A stretch of DNA of 64,000 nt from Proteromonas lacertae (Eukaryota). Location of the stretch: NCBI GenBank assembly GCA_002245135.1, contig NGBS01000293.1, positions 248,001-312,000 on the forward strand, read 5' to 3'. Under the pieces are notes generated by a model. That model was not told the origin of the DNA and searched no databases. It worked only from the letters and a program-made list of their open reading frames with translations. A program made the translations under genes and the position numbers. Below are positions 13,201 to 27,064 of the stretch, in pieces (within the stretch, counting starts at the first letter, position 1; every line of letters begins with the position of its first letter).

Positions 13201-13984
13201 TTGTAGTATGTGATTGTGGTGGTGATGGTGGTGGTGGAGGAATAGTAGTCGATATTGTAGGATATGGTAATTTATTGTCATTCTTATTATTATTATTTGT
13301 TTTAAAACTATTATCGTCATTGACAAATGAAGATCCTTCTAAATAGAAACTAGCATTAATTAATTTTTCAAATGTCTGTGGTTTTGATGATGATTGAATT
13401 AGTTTCAGACTTTCAGTAATGTCTTTGGATATTGGGATTTTTAGTTCTTTTGATAATTCTTCTATCTCTTCATAAATAACATTGTCAATACATTCAATCA
13501 AAGTCTCATTTAACTTCTTCTCATCTAAAGTTTTTGGCTTTTTTTCATTATATTCTTCATCTTCTTCAGAATCACTGTCAATTATTCTAAATGTGTTTTC
13601 TTTTGATCCTTTTTCAATTTCATATTCATCTAATTCTATTAAATCAAGAGTAATGAACGTATTAAGATAAAGATTTAGATTATCAACAGATAACGAGGAA
13701 CAATCAAATCTTGATGAATAACCCCCAAATAATGATGGACCAAGCAACGATAAACCAAATGTGGTTATTAGTGAAGGAGGAGGTGGTATTATGGAATGAA
13801 ATAATTCTGAACATGTCTGAAAATCATAGATATACTTTTTGTCTATTATATTTGGCTCATTCTCTTGATATTTTTCTTCTTCTGAATCATCTGAATCACT
13901 ATCTACAGTAACAACAGCTGCAATTGGATTTTTATTTGTATTCAAGTTATTAAACATTTTATTATTATGTTTACAGTATTTCAT
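12099..13984 (-). CDS. GRIP/GRAB-type golgin paralogue with a different N-terminus
   Basis: Long coiled coil; C-terminal TYIKHILLNYI..EILDTLSSILKLSDEER..ADLLVNE; intron near 12459-12490. Confidence 0.7.
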
Positions 13985-14177
13985 TTCAATATATATAAAT
14001 TAAATAATGAGATAATAAACAAAATTCAAAATAGATATGCTACGAAAATTTTGATTAACCAAATTTTAAAATCTTTCATTTGGTGATATGTCATTATATA
14101 TTGATTATAATACATTCAAAAGTATAAAAATAAACATTTGACAAACAAAGGAAAAAATATTATTTTACTTTGTTAAA

Positions 14178-16603
14178 TTAGATTTCTTGAACAGCTTCAT
14201 TTACTAATAAATCAGCTAATACATCTGATACTCGTTCGTTCTTAAATATCTTCAAAAATTCTTCTCTTTCATCATTGGACAACTTCAATATACTACTTAA
14301 AACGTCCAATATTTCACTTTTCTTATCATCTCTAATGTAATTCAACAGAATATGTTTTATATAGGTTATATCCACTGTAGATTCTTGATGATAGTGAATA
14401 ATTTCATTCAATTTAGAATTAAATAAATTCAATTCATCAACTGTAGTTTTTAATGATTCATTTTCTGTTGTTTTCTGTTTTAAACTTTCCTCTTTTTCTT
14501 CAAGTTCCTTTTCTAATTCTTCTATTTCATATTCTAATTCAGTTTCATTCTATTTCATTAAGTAAAAATTATATATATATATATATATATACTTCTGTTG
14601 GTTGGTTTTCTATATTTTGTTGATCTTGAATCTGTGTTATCATATTTTTATAATGATAATTACTGCTTACTAATTCTTCTTTCTCTTTTTCATTTTCATT
14701 TAATTTATTCTTCAATTCTTCATTACTCTTCATTGTATTGGATAGAAGAATCTTTAATTCTATTAATTCATTACTTTTCAACTGGAATTTTTCATTTAAT
14801 TCGTTTATATCACTTGATTTCAATGATTTTTGTTCATTCAATTCTTTCTTTAAGTTTTGAATTTCTAATCTTAAACTATCATTTTCTTTTAATGTGTTGG
14901 TTAATTTTTTATCATTCTATTAATAAATAAATATATATATATATAAATAAATAGAATATATACAGTAATATCTTGTTTATGAGATTCTAGTTCTATTGTT
15001 TTTATCTTAGTTTGTAGTTCTTTTATTTCTTTATTTGACTGAGTGTTCTGAGTTAATAAAGATGATATTTGTGTTTTCAAAGTTTCAATTGTTTCGTTAT
15101 TTCTTTTTATTAACAATTGATTTGATTCATTTTCTTTTATTAATTCATTACTTTTAGTGAAGTTTACTTTCATTTCTTTTATTTCTTTATTCATTGAGTC
15201 ATTTTCTAATTTTAACTTTTCTATTTCTTCATTATTTTTTGTTTTTATTATTTCAGATGACTTCTTTATATTTATAAATTCTTTTATTTTCTTTTCTTTT
15301 TCTTCATTTTCATTTTGGATTTTAGTTAGTTCTTTATTCATGTTTTCTATTTGTCTTTCTAATTGTTTTATTTTGTTAATATTTTCATTATTTTCATTTT
15401 CTAATTTTTCACTTTTATTCATTTCATCTTTCAATTCTTTCTGTAATTTCTGATAATTACTTTCCAAGTTATAAATCACTTTATCTTTTTGTTTTATCTT
15501 TTGATTATAATCTTCTATTGATACACTCTTTTTCATTCTGTTCAACTGTGTTTCTATTGAATTCTTTTCTTCTAATATTTCTATTATTTTATTTGATAAT
15601 AATTCAATTTTATTACTTTCATCTTTTTCTTCTTTATTTTCTTCATTATTATTATCATCATTTACATTTATTAATTTCGACTGGCAATAAGAGTTTAATG
15701 CTTCATAATCATCAATCTTTATTTTTATATTTTTAATAATATCAATAAATGACTGTATAATATTATTGTCCTTTATTAGTGGAGAAGTTAAAAGATCCGT
15801 TGAAATATTTGAATTATTTATCAAATAATTATTTATTGAAGTGAATAGAATATTATATGTATTAATGTATAATTGAGATTCTTTTTGTTTTTGTTGTAGC
15901 AGTGTAGAATAATCGATTAATAATGATTTATATTTAATGGAAAGTGTACTTGGAGATGGAGAAGATAAGGAAGAAGAAGATGATGAAGAAGTGGATTTAC
16001 TGGTTGATCTAAATTGATTTGGATTTGGATTTGAATTACTTTCCTCTGATTTTGAATTGTTATCTATTTGTGATGGTATTGACAGTAATTTATCCTTTTC
16101 TTTTTCTTTTTCTTTCAATTCTTCTTCTACCTTTACATCATATTTTTCTGATATTGAAGAGTATAAATCTATTTTTCTTTGTAAACGACTGGTTGCTGTA
16201 ATTTGATGATCTAATTTAGATTTGTAATATTGTTCTATTGTTGTTAATTTTGAGTTTGACATAGATAATTTCTTCTATAACAACAAATATAATAAAAATA
16301 ATGAATTATACTTCAAGTGTGCTTATTTTTTGTAACAATACTTTATTTACTTTTTTATCATCATCTGGAGATGTATCAGCTGATGAAATGATTTTATCAG
16401 GCTCTTTTATAGAAGAGTGAGATTCATTTGAATTTTGTTCTTTTCTATATTATGATAAAATAAATCATTACAATATACAATATTTGATCATTATTCGGAG
16501 AAGTAATTTCATCAATTTCATGTTCTACTCCTTCTTTCACGTTTAATTCTGATGTGACAGCTTCTTTCAGTTCTGAAGTAACCGATGATATTAATCCCCA
16601 CAT
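14178..16603 (-). CDS. GRIP/GRAB-type golgin (GMAP-210/Rud3-like), multi-exon
   Basis: Starts MWGLISSVTSELK, long coiled coil, same C-terminal GRIP/GRAB-like motif as its neighbour. Confidence 0.75.
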
Positions 16604-16748
16604 GTTTAGATAGGGATATTAGCGAATTTAAAGAAAAAGACTGTTTGAGAAATTTGAAAATGTAATTGACATGTCATAAATACCTTCGTTTTTTTCTCTT
16701 TTTGTTTTTCTCATTTTTGAAAGCAATATTGATTAAAATATAAAATTT

Positions 16749-19700
16749 ATGGAAGAAGTGTCTGAAGAACCTCAAGAGGATCATTTTCTTGAGCAGATTA
16801 AGGCTGACTCTCCTGAAGAGGTATATTTTAGTAATTTCTATATCTTATCATATGAATTTATTTTTATAATATTTTAGCACGTATCACCAAGACCAATGAC
16901 AGTAGCTGGTACTGCTTCTGCACCTGAGTTTTTTCAAACTGCTCCAAGTATTTAATATTATCATATTATCAATTTATAATTATTTTAAATATATAGATCC
17001 AGATAATTATTCAATGCCTCCCATATCTCCAGTTCAAAGAGCACAATCATCAGCTGGAATAAGGCGAAAATCAATATTAGAAGAAACCAGTCGTGTAGTA
17101 ACACCTATGGCAAATACAGATATAGCCAGTCCACTACCTCCAATAGAGAAAAATCGTAAAAATGAAGATGATGATGAATTAGACGATCAAGGTAATCATT
17201 CAGACAAAATGGATGATACTACACGATTATACTTTGGCTCAGATGCAAGACATGATTTTTACAGATTATTTAAAAGTAATTTAACAGCTAGACATGAATA
17301 TGGTGAAACCAGACCACTTACATCAAGAACAAAATATTTACGTAATTGCATGGATAATTACCTTATACCAGATCCATTAATAATCCCTAAAAGAGCTTGC
17401 AGTTCGTTAAATTTCCAATATTATAATTTAGGTAATGATTATTGTCGTGCATTTGGTGAATCTGTCAGTATTGTCCCGAACATCACAACTATCAATTTTA
17501 AAGGGAATGGTATTAATGGTACTGGTATAATTAATCTAATGGAGGGATTATGTAATCAAAAGAATGGAATATTAGAAATAGATTTAAGTGATAATGAAAT
17601 AGGAAGAGAAGGTGTATTGAAATTGTCAGAATATCTAAGAGATAAACATAATTGTCATTTAACCATATTGTCATTAGAAAACTGTAAACTAGGAAGGGAA
17701 AATAGCTTATTACTGGCTGATGGTATTGCAGATAATAAAACACTTACGTATTTGAATTTAGCAAATAATCAGATTGAAGAAGATGGTGCTACATCTATAG
17801 GAGTTGCTATATCATGTAATCCCTTTTTACAAACTTTAGATTTAAGTTTTAATCAAATTAGAGGATATGGAGCTGCTTCTTTTGCTAGATCACTACAGAT
17901 AAATGATAGTTTAACATCTTTAAATCTATCACATAATGGCCTTAGCAATTCAGTCAATCAAGTGGCAATTCAGTCTTTATCATCTAGTTTGGCTATAAAT
18001 AAAACATTGGTTCATTTAGATTTATCCTACAATGCATTAAAACCACAAGATATAATGGTATTATCTACTGGATTGAATTTCAATCACACTATCAGAGGAT
18101 TACATATTTATGGCAATGATGGTCATATTGATAGTAAAGTTTTTGCTTTACCAGGTCCTCCAAATAATCCAGAAATAGATCAGATATCATTGTGTTGGGT
18201 ATGTCAGAATTATCAAGAATTTAGATTTACATTCATTTTAAATGAAACTTGTCCAGTTGTGGAGAATAAAGAAATGATTATTAGATTAGAAATTGATGAA
18301 TGGAGAGATGAGAAAATGAAATATGATAAAGTAAACAATGCATTTGAAGTATACAGAATGGTACCACCAGGAATCTGTCGATTTTACTTCATTCAAGACG
18401 GTAAAGAGTATATCTCAGATGATTATTGGTCAGAAGTTACAGATGTACAGTGCTTTAGGATATGTTAATGTAGTAAAAATCCCAGAAGGTAATAATCAAT
18501 TAGCAGAATCCGAGAATTGTCTGCCAAGACAAGGTATTGGTGAAGCAATCAATAGTTCAATCACTGCCAATTTACCTACAGCAGGTGCAGCAGGTGGTAA
18601 GAAGAAAAGAGAACCAGAATGGAATACTAAAAAATCAATTTTTATGGGAAGAAGATCAGGAGAATGATAGTCGAAATATGTTAGACACTCCTGAAGTATT
18701 TGCTAAAGCATTTGAAGGTGACTGGGCTAAAGTTGATTTTGGTAAATTAATTAAAGAAGAGAAGAAATTAGAAGCAATGAAGGAGAAATGGTGTGAGCAC
18801 TACGCTGTTATTAGACAAGTGTTTTTATATTATACTGGAAATAGTTCACAGGGGAATTATTATGAAATGAACTTAGGTGATTTTATTGATTTATTACATG
18901 ATAATGATATTTATCATCCTAAATTGATGACAATGCAAATGATAGAACAATTGTGGAGAGAAAACGTAGTGGAAGAATTATTAGCAAAGATGGAAGTAGA
19001 AGAACAAGAAAAAGCAGCCAAGGCAGCAGAAAAAGCTGCAAAATCAGGTGATAAAGCTGCAGAAGCTGCTGCTAGAAAGAGTATGGCAGGTCGAAGAAGT
19101 TCAGTAGCAAGAGGAGGAAGTAGAAAAAGTAAGATAAACGATGGACCACAGATTGATATGAATAAAGTGTTTATAAATAGAGGTAAATTTATGGAATTAT
19201 TAACACGAATTGGTATTAAAAGATTCAGTACAAAGAAGAAACCAGTAAGACCAGTTGATGCTGCTGATATTATTGTAAATGAATATTTAGTTCCTAATAG
19301 TAAAAAGTGTGATAATAATTCGTTTAGATCAATGACACTATATTCACAAGTAATGGATGATGTAGTTAGGATATATCAACCTTTATTTAAAGGATCTTAT
19401 CAAGTATTAGCTACTACTAAATTAAAAGGATCGGCTAAGTCATATTTGAGTTTAGATACATATATGGAAGTATTGAGATTCTGCGGCTTGTTGGATGGGA
19501 ATATTAATGAAAGTGATGCGAGATTTACATTTTTACAGTCGAAACATGTTGTGATTGATGAATCTAAGAATGAAAGGTATAAAGTATTAGCGTATTATGA
19601 GTTTGTGGAAGCAATTGCGAGATTGTCGAATTATTATCAAATACCTGAGAAGGATGATCCTGGTATATCTTCACCAGTTCCAAAACACATTGTATTGACA

Positions 19701-19781
19701 ATATTATTACAAAATTTGTCTTTGAAATTGAGAGAGTGGTCTATGGATATGAGAAGAGTTTTATGTATTGTTAAACCTTAA
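16749..19781 (+). CDS. Large RNI-like leucine-rich-repeat protein (two apparent frameshifts)
   Basis: Repeated LxxLxLxxNxI motifs in 17014-18468; two 5' introns; overlapping ORFs shift +1 near 18451 and 18656. Confidence 0.8.
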
Positions 19782-19929
19782 AATAATTATAAAAATTTGT
19801 ATTTACTTTATAAATATTATGTTTTAAGGAAAATTGAAGAAAATAACATTTTACGTAATTAATGTCAAATAGACTTAATTTGACACAGTTTTTCATTTTT
19901 TAAATTCTTCTAAACCAATTTGGATATTC

Positions 19930-20734
19930 ATGGCTCAACCATTATTACCAGTAAATGAATCAACAAAAGTGCCAATTAGTGATGCTGTTAGAGCATCAAT
20001 ACAATACATTTTAGATCAACCTGATATTGGCTTCCCTGCAGACAAGACCCATCATTTTGCTTACAGTTTGAAAGAAGTTGAAGATGACACAGACTATAGT
20101 CGTGAAAAATCAGTGACTGTCAATAATGAAGAATTTTTGTTTATGATTGCCCGAAAAACCATCAACTATGCAGCAGTCCGTGTATATCACTGTCCAATAG
20201 AAGAAAAGACATTCTGGGACAAAACTGCTGGATATTACAAGTTAGTGAAAACTGTCTTATGTTTAGGTACGGATCGTTTACTAAACTGTCTGACATGTAA
20301 ATTCAATGAAATCACTACACTTACATGTGAAGGTGATAAGAAAGTTATGCTTTATAGCTCAACAATCAATGGTTGGATGTTAGGAGCAATTTCAGTGTTA
20401 GGTATTTATCTTTATCCAGTGTATTTATATAACATATTTATTATATATATTATATTAAACTACATTAGTTCTATTTTTATTTTATTATCATAGAATGGTT
20501 GATGTGATCGATATTCATGATGCTACATGGGATAAACATAAACAGTATGTTAAAGAAAGTGAAGAAGGAAAAGAGGTACAACAAGATTTAACTGCTGGTG
20601 CTCCTAGTAACCCTGTACCAGAATCAGCTCCTGTTAATCCACCAGCACCATCATCTGCTTCTGCTGCTATGAGTGGCCCTTCCGATGAGAAGACTGTTTC
20701 TGAAGAATTACCATCAGCAGCTGCTAAAGTCTAA
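19930..20734 (+). CDS. Hypothetical protein with a short hydrophobic segment and a P/A/S-rich tail
   Basis: Two ORFs joined by an AT-rich GT-AG intron at ~20421-20493. Confidence 0.7.
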
Positions 20735-20932
20735 GATTTTTTATTTTTTCAATAGTTCATTGTTGTGTCTTTATGGTTGTGACAATAATAGGTTGATCAT
20801 TTGATTATTTTGTTTGAGTATGTGAAGTAAAAATTTAATCAAGCTTTGGCTCGAAAATTTCTCATCCAATCATTTTTGACCGATTAAGATCCAAATTTAA
20901 TTTTTTGATTTTTATCTGTTTAACTTATTATA

Positions 20933-22559
20933 ATGTATGATCTATAAATTTTTTAATTGACATTTTGGTTTTATCTATCAATAGGTTTAAGAAGCAAAAG
21001 ACAGAACTGGAAATGGCATTAGATGATGCCTTAAGTACTGCTAATTGGGGTACATCGACTGCTACACTTAATAAGATTTGTGATTTAGCAGGAGATTAGT
21101 ATAGAATACTATTTTTATAAATCTACATAGTCAAAATTACACAGCTATATTGGATACAGTATGGGCAAAAATGGCATTACCAGCTAAACAATGGAAACTT
21201 ATATTCAAAGCTTTATCTTTACTTGAATATATGATGAAAAACGGTCCAGAAAGAATGTTCGATGATATTAAGTACCACGAAGCAAAAATCAGCACATTCA
21301 CCGAATTCAGTTTCAAAGAAGGACAAATAGAAAGAGGTAATGGTATTAGAGATAAAAGCAAAATAATCTTAGAATTAGTAGGTGATAAGAAGAGATGGAA
21401 GGAAGAGAGAAAGAAGGCATTAGCTATTCGTAAGAAGATGTCAGGTGTAAACTCCATCAGTAGTGCAGATGCTGGAGCAAAGAAAGCTGATTTTAGTGAT
21501 TCTGATTCAGATGATGATAAGAAGAAAAAGAAGGGTAAGAAAGGTAAAGCAGCAGGTAAAAAGACTAAGAAAGGCAAATTGTCAAGTTCAGATGATGATG
21601 ACGACGATAGTGATTCAGATAGTGATGATGATAAGCCAAAGAAGAAGACTGCAAAGAAACCACCAGTCAAAAAGGCATCTGCTAAGAAAGGAAAAATACA
21701 AGTATCAGACGATGACGATGATGATGACGACGATGATAGTGATTCTGAAGAAGAAAAGCCAAAGAAAAAAACAACTAAGAAAGCACCACCTCCAAAGAAA
21801 GTTCCAGCTAAAAGGGGCAAGAAACCAGTTGTATCAGATGATGATGATGAGGATGATGATAGTGATTCTGAAGAAGAAAAACCAAAGAAAAAAACAACTA
21901 AGAAAGCACCACCTCCAAAGAAAGTTCCAGCTAAAAAGGGCAAGAAACCAGTTGTATCAGATGACGAAGATGAAGATGAGGATGAAGATGAAGAAGAAGA
22001 AGAAAAACCAAAGAAAGTCAAAGGTAAAAAAGCACCTCCAAAGAAAGCATCAACCAAGAAAGGAAAGAAGGCAGTATCAGATGATGAAGAGGAAGAAGAA
22101 GAAGAAGATAATGATGGAGGTTTTGAATCAAACAATAGTGATTTATTCAATATTCCATCTGCTCCAGCAGCACCAGAACCAGCAGTTGGTGGAGGTATCG
22201 ATGATTTATTAGGTGGTATTGGTAATATGAATATGGGAGGACAACCACAACAAGGTGGAATGGGTCAAATGGGAGGTATGGGTCAGATGGGTGGTATGGG
22301 AGGTATGGGTCAAATGGGCGGTATGGGAGGTATGGGTGGTATGGGAGGTATGGGCCAAATGGGAGGAATGGGCCAAATGGGCGGTATGGGAGGAATGGGT
22401 CAAATGGGTGGCATGGGAGGTATGGGTGGTATGCCACAACAAGGAGGAATGGGTGGATTTGGTCAAATGGGAGGTATGGGAGGAATGCCACAACAAGGAG
22501 GAATGGGAGGATTTGGTCAGCCACAACAAAACGCCGGAGGAAATAATTTCTTTATGTAA
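20933..22559 (+). CDS. ENTH-domain (epsin-related) protein with K/D-rich repeats and a GGMGQM tail
   Basis: DALSTANWG, WKLIFKALSLLEYMMKNG, GIRDKSK..ELV; start codon split AT|G by intron 20935-20984. Confidence 0.85.
21700..22520 (+). repeat. Coding tandem repeats: ~120-bp VSDDD..KKAPPPKK units followed by GGM/GQM units
   Basis: Near-identical ~40-aa units in 21700-22085; Gly/Met/Gln repeats in 22250-22520. Confidence 0.9.
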
Positions 22560-22806
22560 ATATTTAATATGTATGATTCGTGTTTGTTGAGATTGAATTT
22601 AAGAATTAAAAAAGAATGTAATTTAATGTCATTTTGACATACCTTCTGGAAAGTTCTGGCTGTTTCATTTTATAACTTTTCTAATTTATATTATCTTGTT
22701 TTCAATAAGAAAGTATATATTATAATATCTATGTGCATTTCTTGGTGATTTTTTTTATATCTAAAGTTGATCTAATTTTTTATCTCATCTTGTATAGTAT
22801 ATAAGA

Positions 22807-23475
22807 ATGTCTGACAAAGAAACTGATGATAAAAAACCTACTGACGATGTTAAACGAGATGCCAACGGAAAACCAATAGATTCAGATTATTATGCTTGGA
22901 GTAAGAAAATGAAAGAAACAAAAGAAACATTAGAAAAATTGGGTGTAGATTGTAAACCAAAGAAACTAGAAAGTCCACCAGTTGAAGAAAATAAACCAGT
23001 TGTAGGTTCTGCTTGGAATAAAGCAGGCACATGGTATATATAACTTCAATATTAATAAATTTTTAGGGAAGAAAAAGATTGTCTCAAGTGGGCAAAACAA
23101 AAAATGTCAGAATTATTTGTGGGTCAACATTTTAAATATAACGATATGGTAATTAAAGTCTCATCTCTAGAAACATGTGATGGTACAGCCACAATAGTAT
23201 TTAGTAAAGGCAAAAAGAAGCCAGGTTATGATTTGAATTTAAAATTCAAATGGATAGCTACAGAATTAATAAATGGTGAAGAAGGTACTGTTACTGCTGA
23301 AGGTACTATCTCCTGTCCTGAATTTTGTGATTTAAATGATGGTGATAATGAATGGACAATTAAAGCTGATAAATCTGATAATTTCCATACCAAAGCACGT
23401 AATCACTTGAAATCATCACAAAATGACATTGTGAAGGTGATGAATGCATGGGTAGACTGTTTCAAAAGTCTTTAA
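22807..23475 (+). CDS. Activator of Hsp90 ATPase (Aha1) N-terminal domain protein
   Basis: GSAWNKAGTW|EEKDCLKWAK and G.ATIVFSKGKKKPGYDL; one intron at 23033-23066. Confidence 0.85.
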
Positions 23476-23611
23476 ATTGAAATTAATAAAATTGACTTTG
23501 TTTTCCTTATTTTTTATTTTTTTTGATTATTTTTTATTTTTGTTAGGATTTAAAAATATATAATTGATAATAGAAAAAAATGTAAATTAAATAAATAAAA
23601 ACAATACTATT

Positions 23612-26600
23612 TTAACTTGATTGAAAATCACTTGGATGAATAATATGTGAATTCATTCCTTCTTTATATTCAAAATCGACTTGAGCACTCATATCATCAG
23701 TACCACAACCTACTCCTTCATCTTCAACTTCTTTATTTTCTTCTTCTTTTGTTTCTTCTTCTTCCTCATCTTCTTTACACTCATTTCTTTCTTCTTCTTT
23801 TTCATTAACAGTTTCATCTTCCTCATTTATAAATTCCTCATTCTCTTCTTTTTTAGTTTCTTTTCCTTTATTTTCATCTTCTCTTAGTCTTTCTTCCTCT
23901 TCATCAACATATTCTTCTACTTCTATATTCTCTTCTACTTTTCTTTCATCAGCTATTTCATTTTCTACTGTTTCTTCCTCTTTCTCCTCCTCTTCTTCTT
24001 TTTCTTCTTCTTTTGATTCTTCATTAAAAACATCATCATCATCAAAATTTTCTTCTTCTTCTTCTTCTTCTTTATTCTCTTCAATTGTTGGTTGTATAAC
24101 AACAACACTTCTATTTTTTCCTTCATTATTTGAATGTAATGATTTACTAGAATATTGTTTCAATGATGATTTTGAAGAGCGTTTTGGAATCTTTTATTAG
24201 TTTCATTTCATCGGCAATTGCTCCAACTAATTGGTTTATAAATTGACTTACACATCTTGATAAGTTATCATCGGATTTTTCTTTCTTTATTTCTCTTTCT
24301 TCATTATCTATAACTACACTATTATTATTCTCTTGTTGTTGTTGTTGTTTGTTGTTGTTTCTTTTCTATTTCATCTGCTGAAAATGATTCTTTAAACACA
24401 GTTGAAGATTTAAATGATAATGAATTAGTAGATGATTTTGACTTTTCATTATTTAATATGTTTGAATCTTCAAATTTTATTGATGATTTTGATGAATATA
24501 TTGAATTAACTGGTTGAGGTTGTGATTGTGGAATAACTTCTTCATTTTCAATATTTTCATTGACTTTAGCTTTCACTGGTTTAATATCCTCTACTATTGA
24601 TTCTAATAACTGATTAACAAACTGACTGACATTTCTTGATAATCGATGTTGAGATTCTTGACTTAATACTGATGATTTGGATTTACTAAACATTTCAAAA
24701 TCATCAACTATATCTTCATTTTCATTATTATTACTATTATTATTAATTTGTGATTGTTGAATTGATTTATTTGATTTATTATTAACACTATTATCTTCTT
24801 CAACTTCATTCTCTTCATAATTATAAAAATCATCATCAATAAATTCAACTTCATTTTTTGATTTATTCTCTTCAACATTGCTATTACTTATTTGATTGAT
24901 TGTATTATGATCTTTAACATCTTCGTTTATTGTAACGGTCATTAATTCAGATTTTATTTCATTGGATTGTGTGACTTGAGGTTGTTGTTGTTGTACTTGT
25001 GGATTACTCTCATCTTTTTCTACTCTAAACAAACTACTATGAGTTAATAATTCATTATCAGTTTTAGATTCAGATTTCATATCACTCTCAGTAATATCAG
25101 TATTATATATCTCTTCCATCAACTGTTGACTAATTTCATCATTTGAACTACTTGAATTTTGATTAGATACAGTAATAGGTGGTTGTTGAGATAGTGGAGA
25201 TAAAAATGGTCTTGGTTTGGACATTGAATTCCTCACGAATGAATTTCTTATTAATTTCTTTGATGATCCTCTTCCTTGTCTTCGTAATGATGGAGGATAA
25301 GGTCTATGAACATCTCCAAAATTCAATTCAATTTCTTTATACAATTCTTCTCTGGATAATGGAACTTCATCTGTTTCTTCAAATGTGTCATTTCCCATAG
25401 AAGGTAAAGATGGAAAATTGAATTGATGATTACAAGTTGGATTTACATTATAATAATCAGTATTATTCCTATAACATTCATATTTGTATAATAATTTGGA
25501 TATTTCATCATCAACAATTCCTAATGCATCTCTTACTTCTCTATCTGGGATATTTTCCACTGCTTTATCACCATGAGAGTTAATCCATTTTTTAGCTATT
25601 CCTTCTTTAGAATTCTCTGACATTTTATTGATTAGTAACAGTAAATTATCTTTAATTTGGTTTACATATTCTCTTTCTTCACATATTTGATTGGCATAAT
25701 GTTCACCGTTTGATCTCATTTCTATTAATAATAATAAATATGTTTATATATACTCAATATATCTTTTCTCAATTTTGTTAATTGTATAAGTCTACTATCA
25801 CTTTTAGATAATGGAGTTTTCAATTCTTCTATTTCATCTTCCAAAGATACTTTCAATTTATTCAATTTCTCTATATCTTCACATATATTATTGATCATCA
25901 TAAAAGAACTCATAGTCTTGTCATGATTTTGTTTATATATTACTGGAATTCTTTTCATATCCTTACAACCACTGTATTGCTTTATTAAAGCAATATCCTT
26001 CTTCAATTTCTTCAATTTTATTTCTTTTTCTGTTGCTTCTTGTTTCAATTGCTTCATTCTTTTTGTTGTATAATAATCTCTGGAATAATCATTATTAGAA
26101 GCTTGACTCGCTTCAAACTATTTTAGATTATTATAGATAATTATTTATAAAATACTTGAACATTATTGTAGTTTTCATATTTCAACTGTGCTGGAGATAC
26201 AATTTCCTTTATATATTGTGATAATATTTTTAGTTTCTTTTGATGTTCTGTATTCTCTTGAATATTCTTTATTTTCATTTCATTCATTTTATACTATTAT
26301 AAATAATTATATTTTATACATTCAATTCTCTTATTTTACCATCTAAATCTTGAATTTCATTTTCTATTTCCTCTTTTTTAATTATTTGTTTACTTATTTT
26401 ATTCTGTAATACATTTACATCATTTTTGCTAAATTGAACCTTTTCTCTAGTTTCATTAATTTTCTAATTGAATTAGATAATTAAAACACATTAAAGAAGA
26501 TATAAATACATCTTTTGTTATTTGAACAAGTTTTTCTAATCTACTACTACTTACTCTGTAATGGTTTAATGTAAATTCTGCTCTTCTTAATGTTATTCTT

Positions 26601-26970
26601 CTGAAGCCATCAACACTACACAGCATAAATACATATTATATACTCAAATGTTGCATCATAATTTGACTCATCTCTATACCTTCTTCTCTCTTCAATCTTC
26701 TTTTCTAATTCTTCTATATTTGCATCTATCTCCCTTATCTCTATTCGTTTTTCTTCTATTGATTCGGTATAAAAATCACATTTCCCCTATTATTGATAAT
26801 ATTACTATAATAAACCATACTTGTAAATTAAGCAAGTCTTCAGGAAATGGATTGTGATTGTCTTCAATTTCCTCACTACCTAATATTGCTGCTATTTCAG
26901 GTGGTAAAAATGATAGATCATTCGAGTTACTACAATAAAATACTATTTTATACAAGCTACACTCAGACAT
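23612..26970 (-). CDS. Divergent outer dynein arm docking complex (DC2/CCDC63/CCDC114-like) coiled coil with a long acidic low-complexity tail
   Basis: DFYTESIEEKRIEIREID and IKQYSGCKDM..MSSFMMINNICEDIEKL resemble DC2 blocks; several introns; frameshifts near 24280 and 24350. Confidence 0.5.
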
Positions 26971-27064
26971 TCTTGTAAAATTGAATAAAAACAAAAATAA
27001 CAGTCTCGGTGATCCAAAAATTGTTTCAGTAAACCATCATTTTAAAATCAATAAATCTGTAATA

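Noticed and set aside
22560..22590. TGTTTGTT after the ENTH gene, suggesting Blastocystis-style stop codons created by polyadenylation
   Set aside because: This gene and the others I traced to their ends have encoded stops. The motif lies about 21 nt past the stop and fits an ordinary GU-rich downstream element.
21137..22590. Long antisense and alternate-frame ORFs over the ENTH gene (similar ones at 54378-55375 and 56861-57433)
   Set aside because: They are shadows of low-complexity coding repeats.
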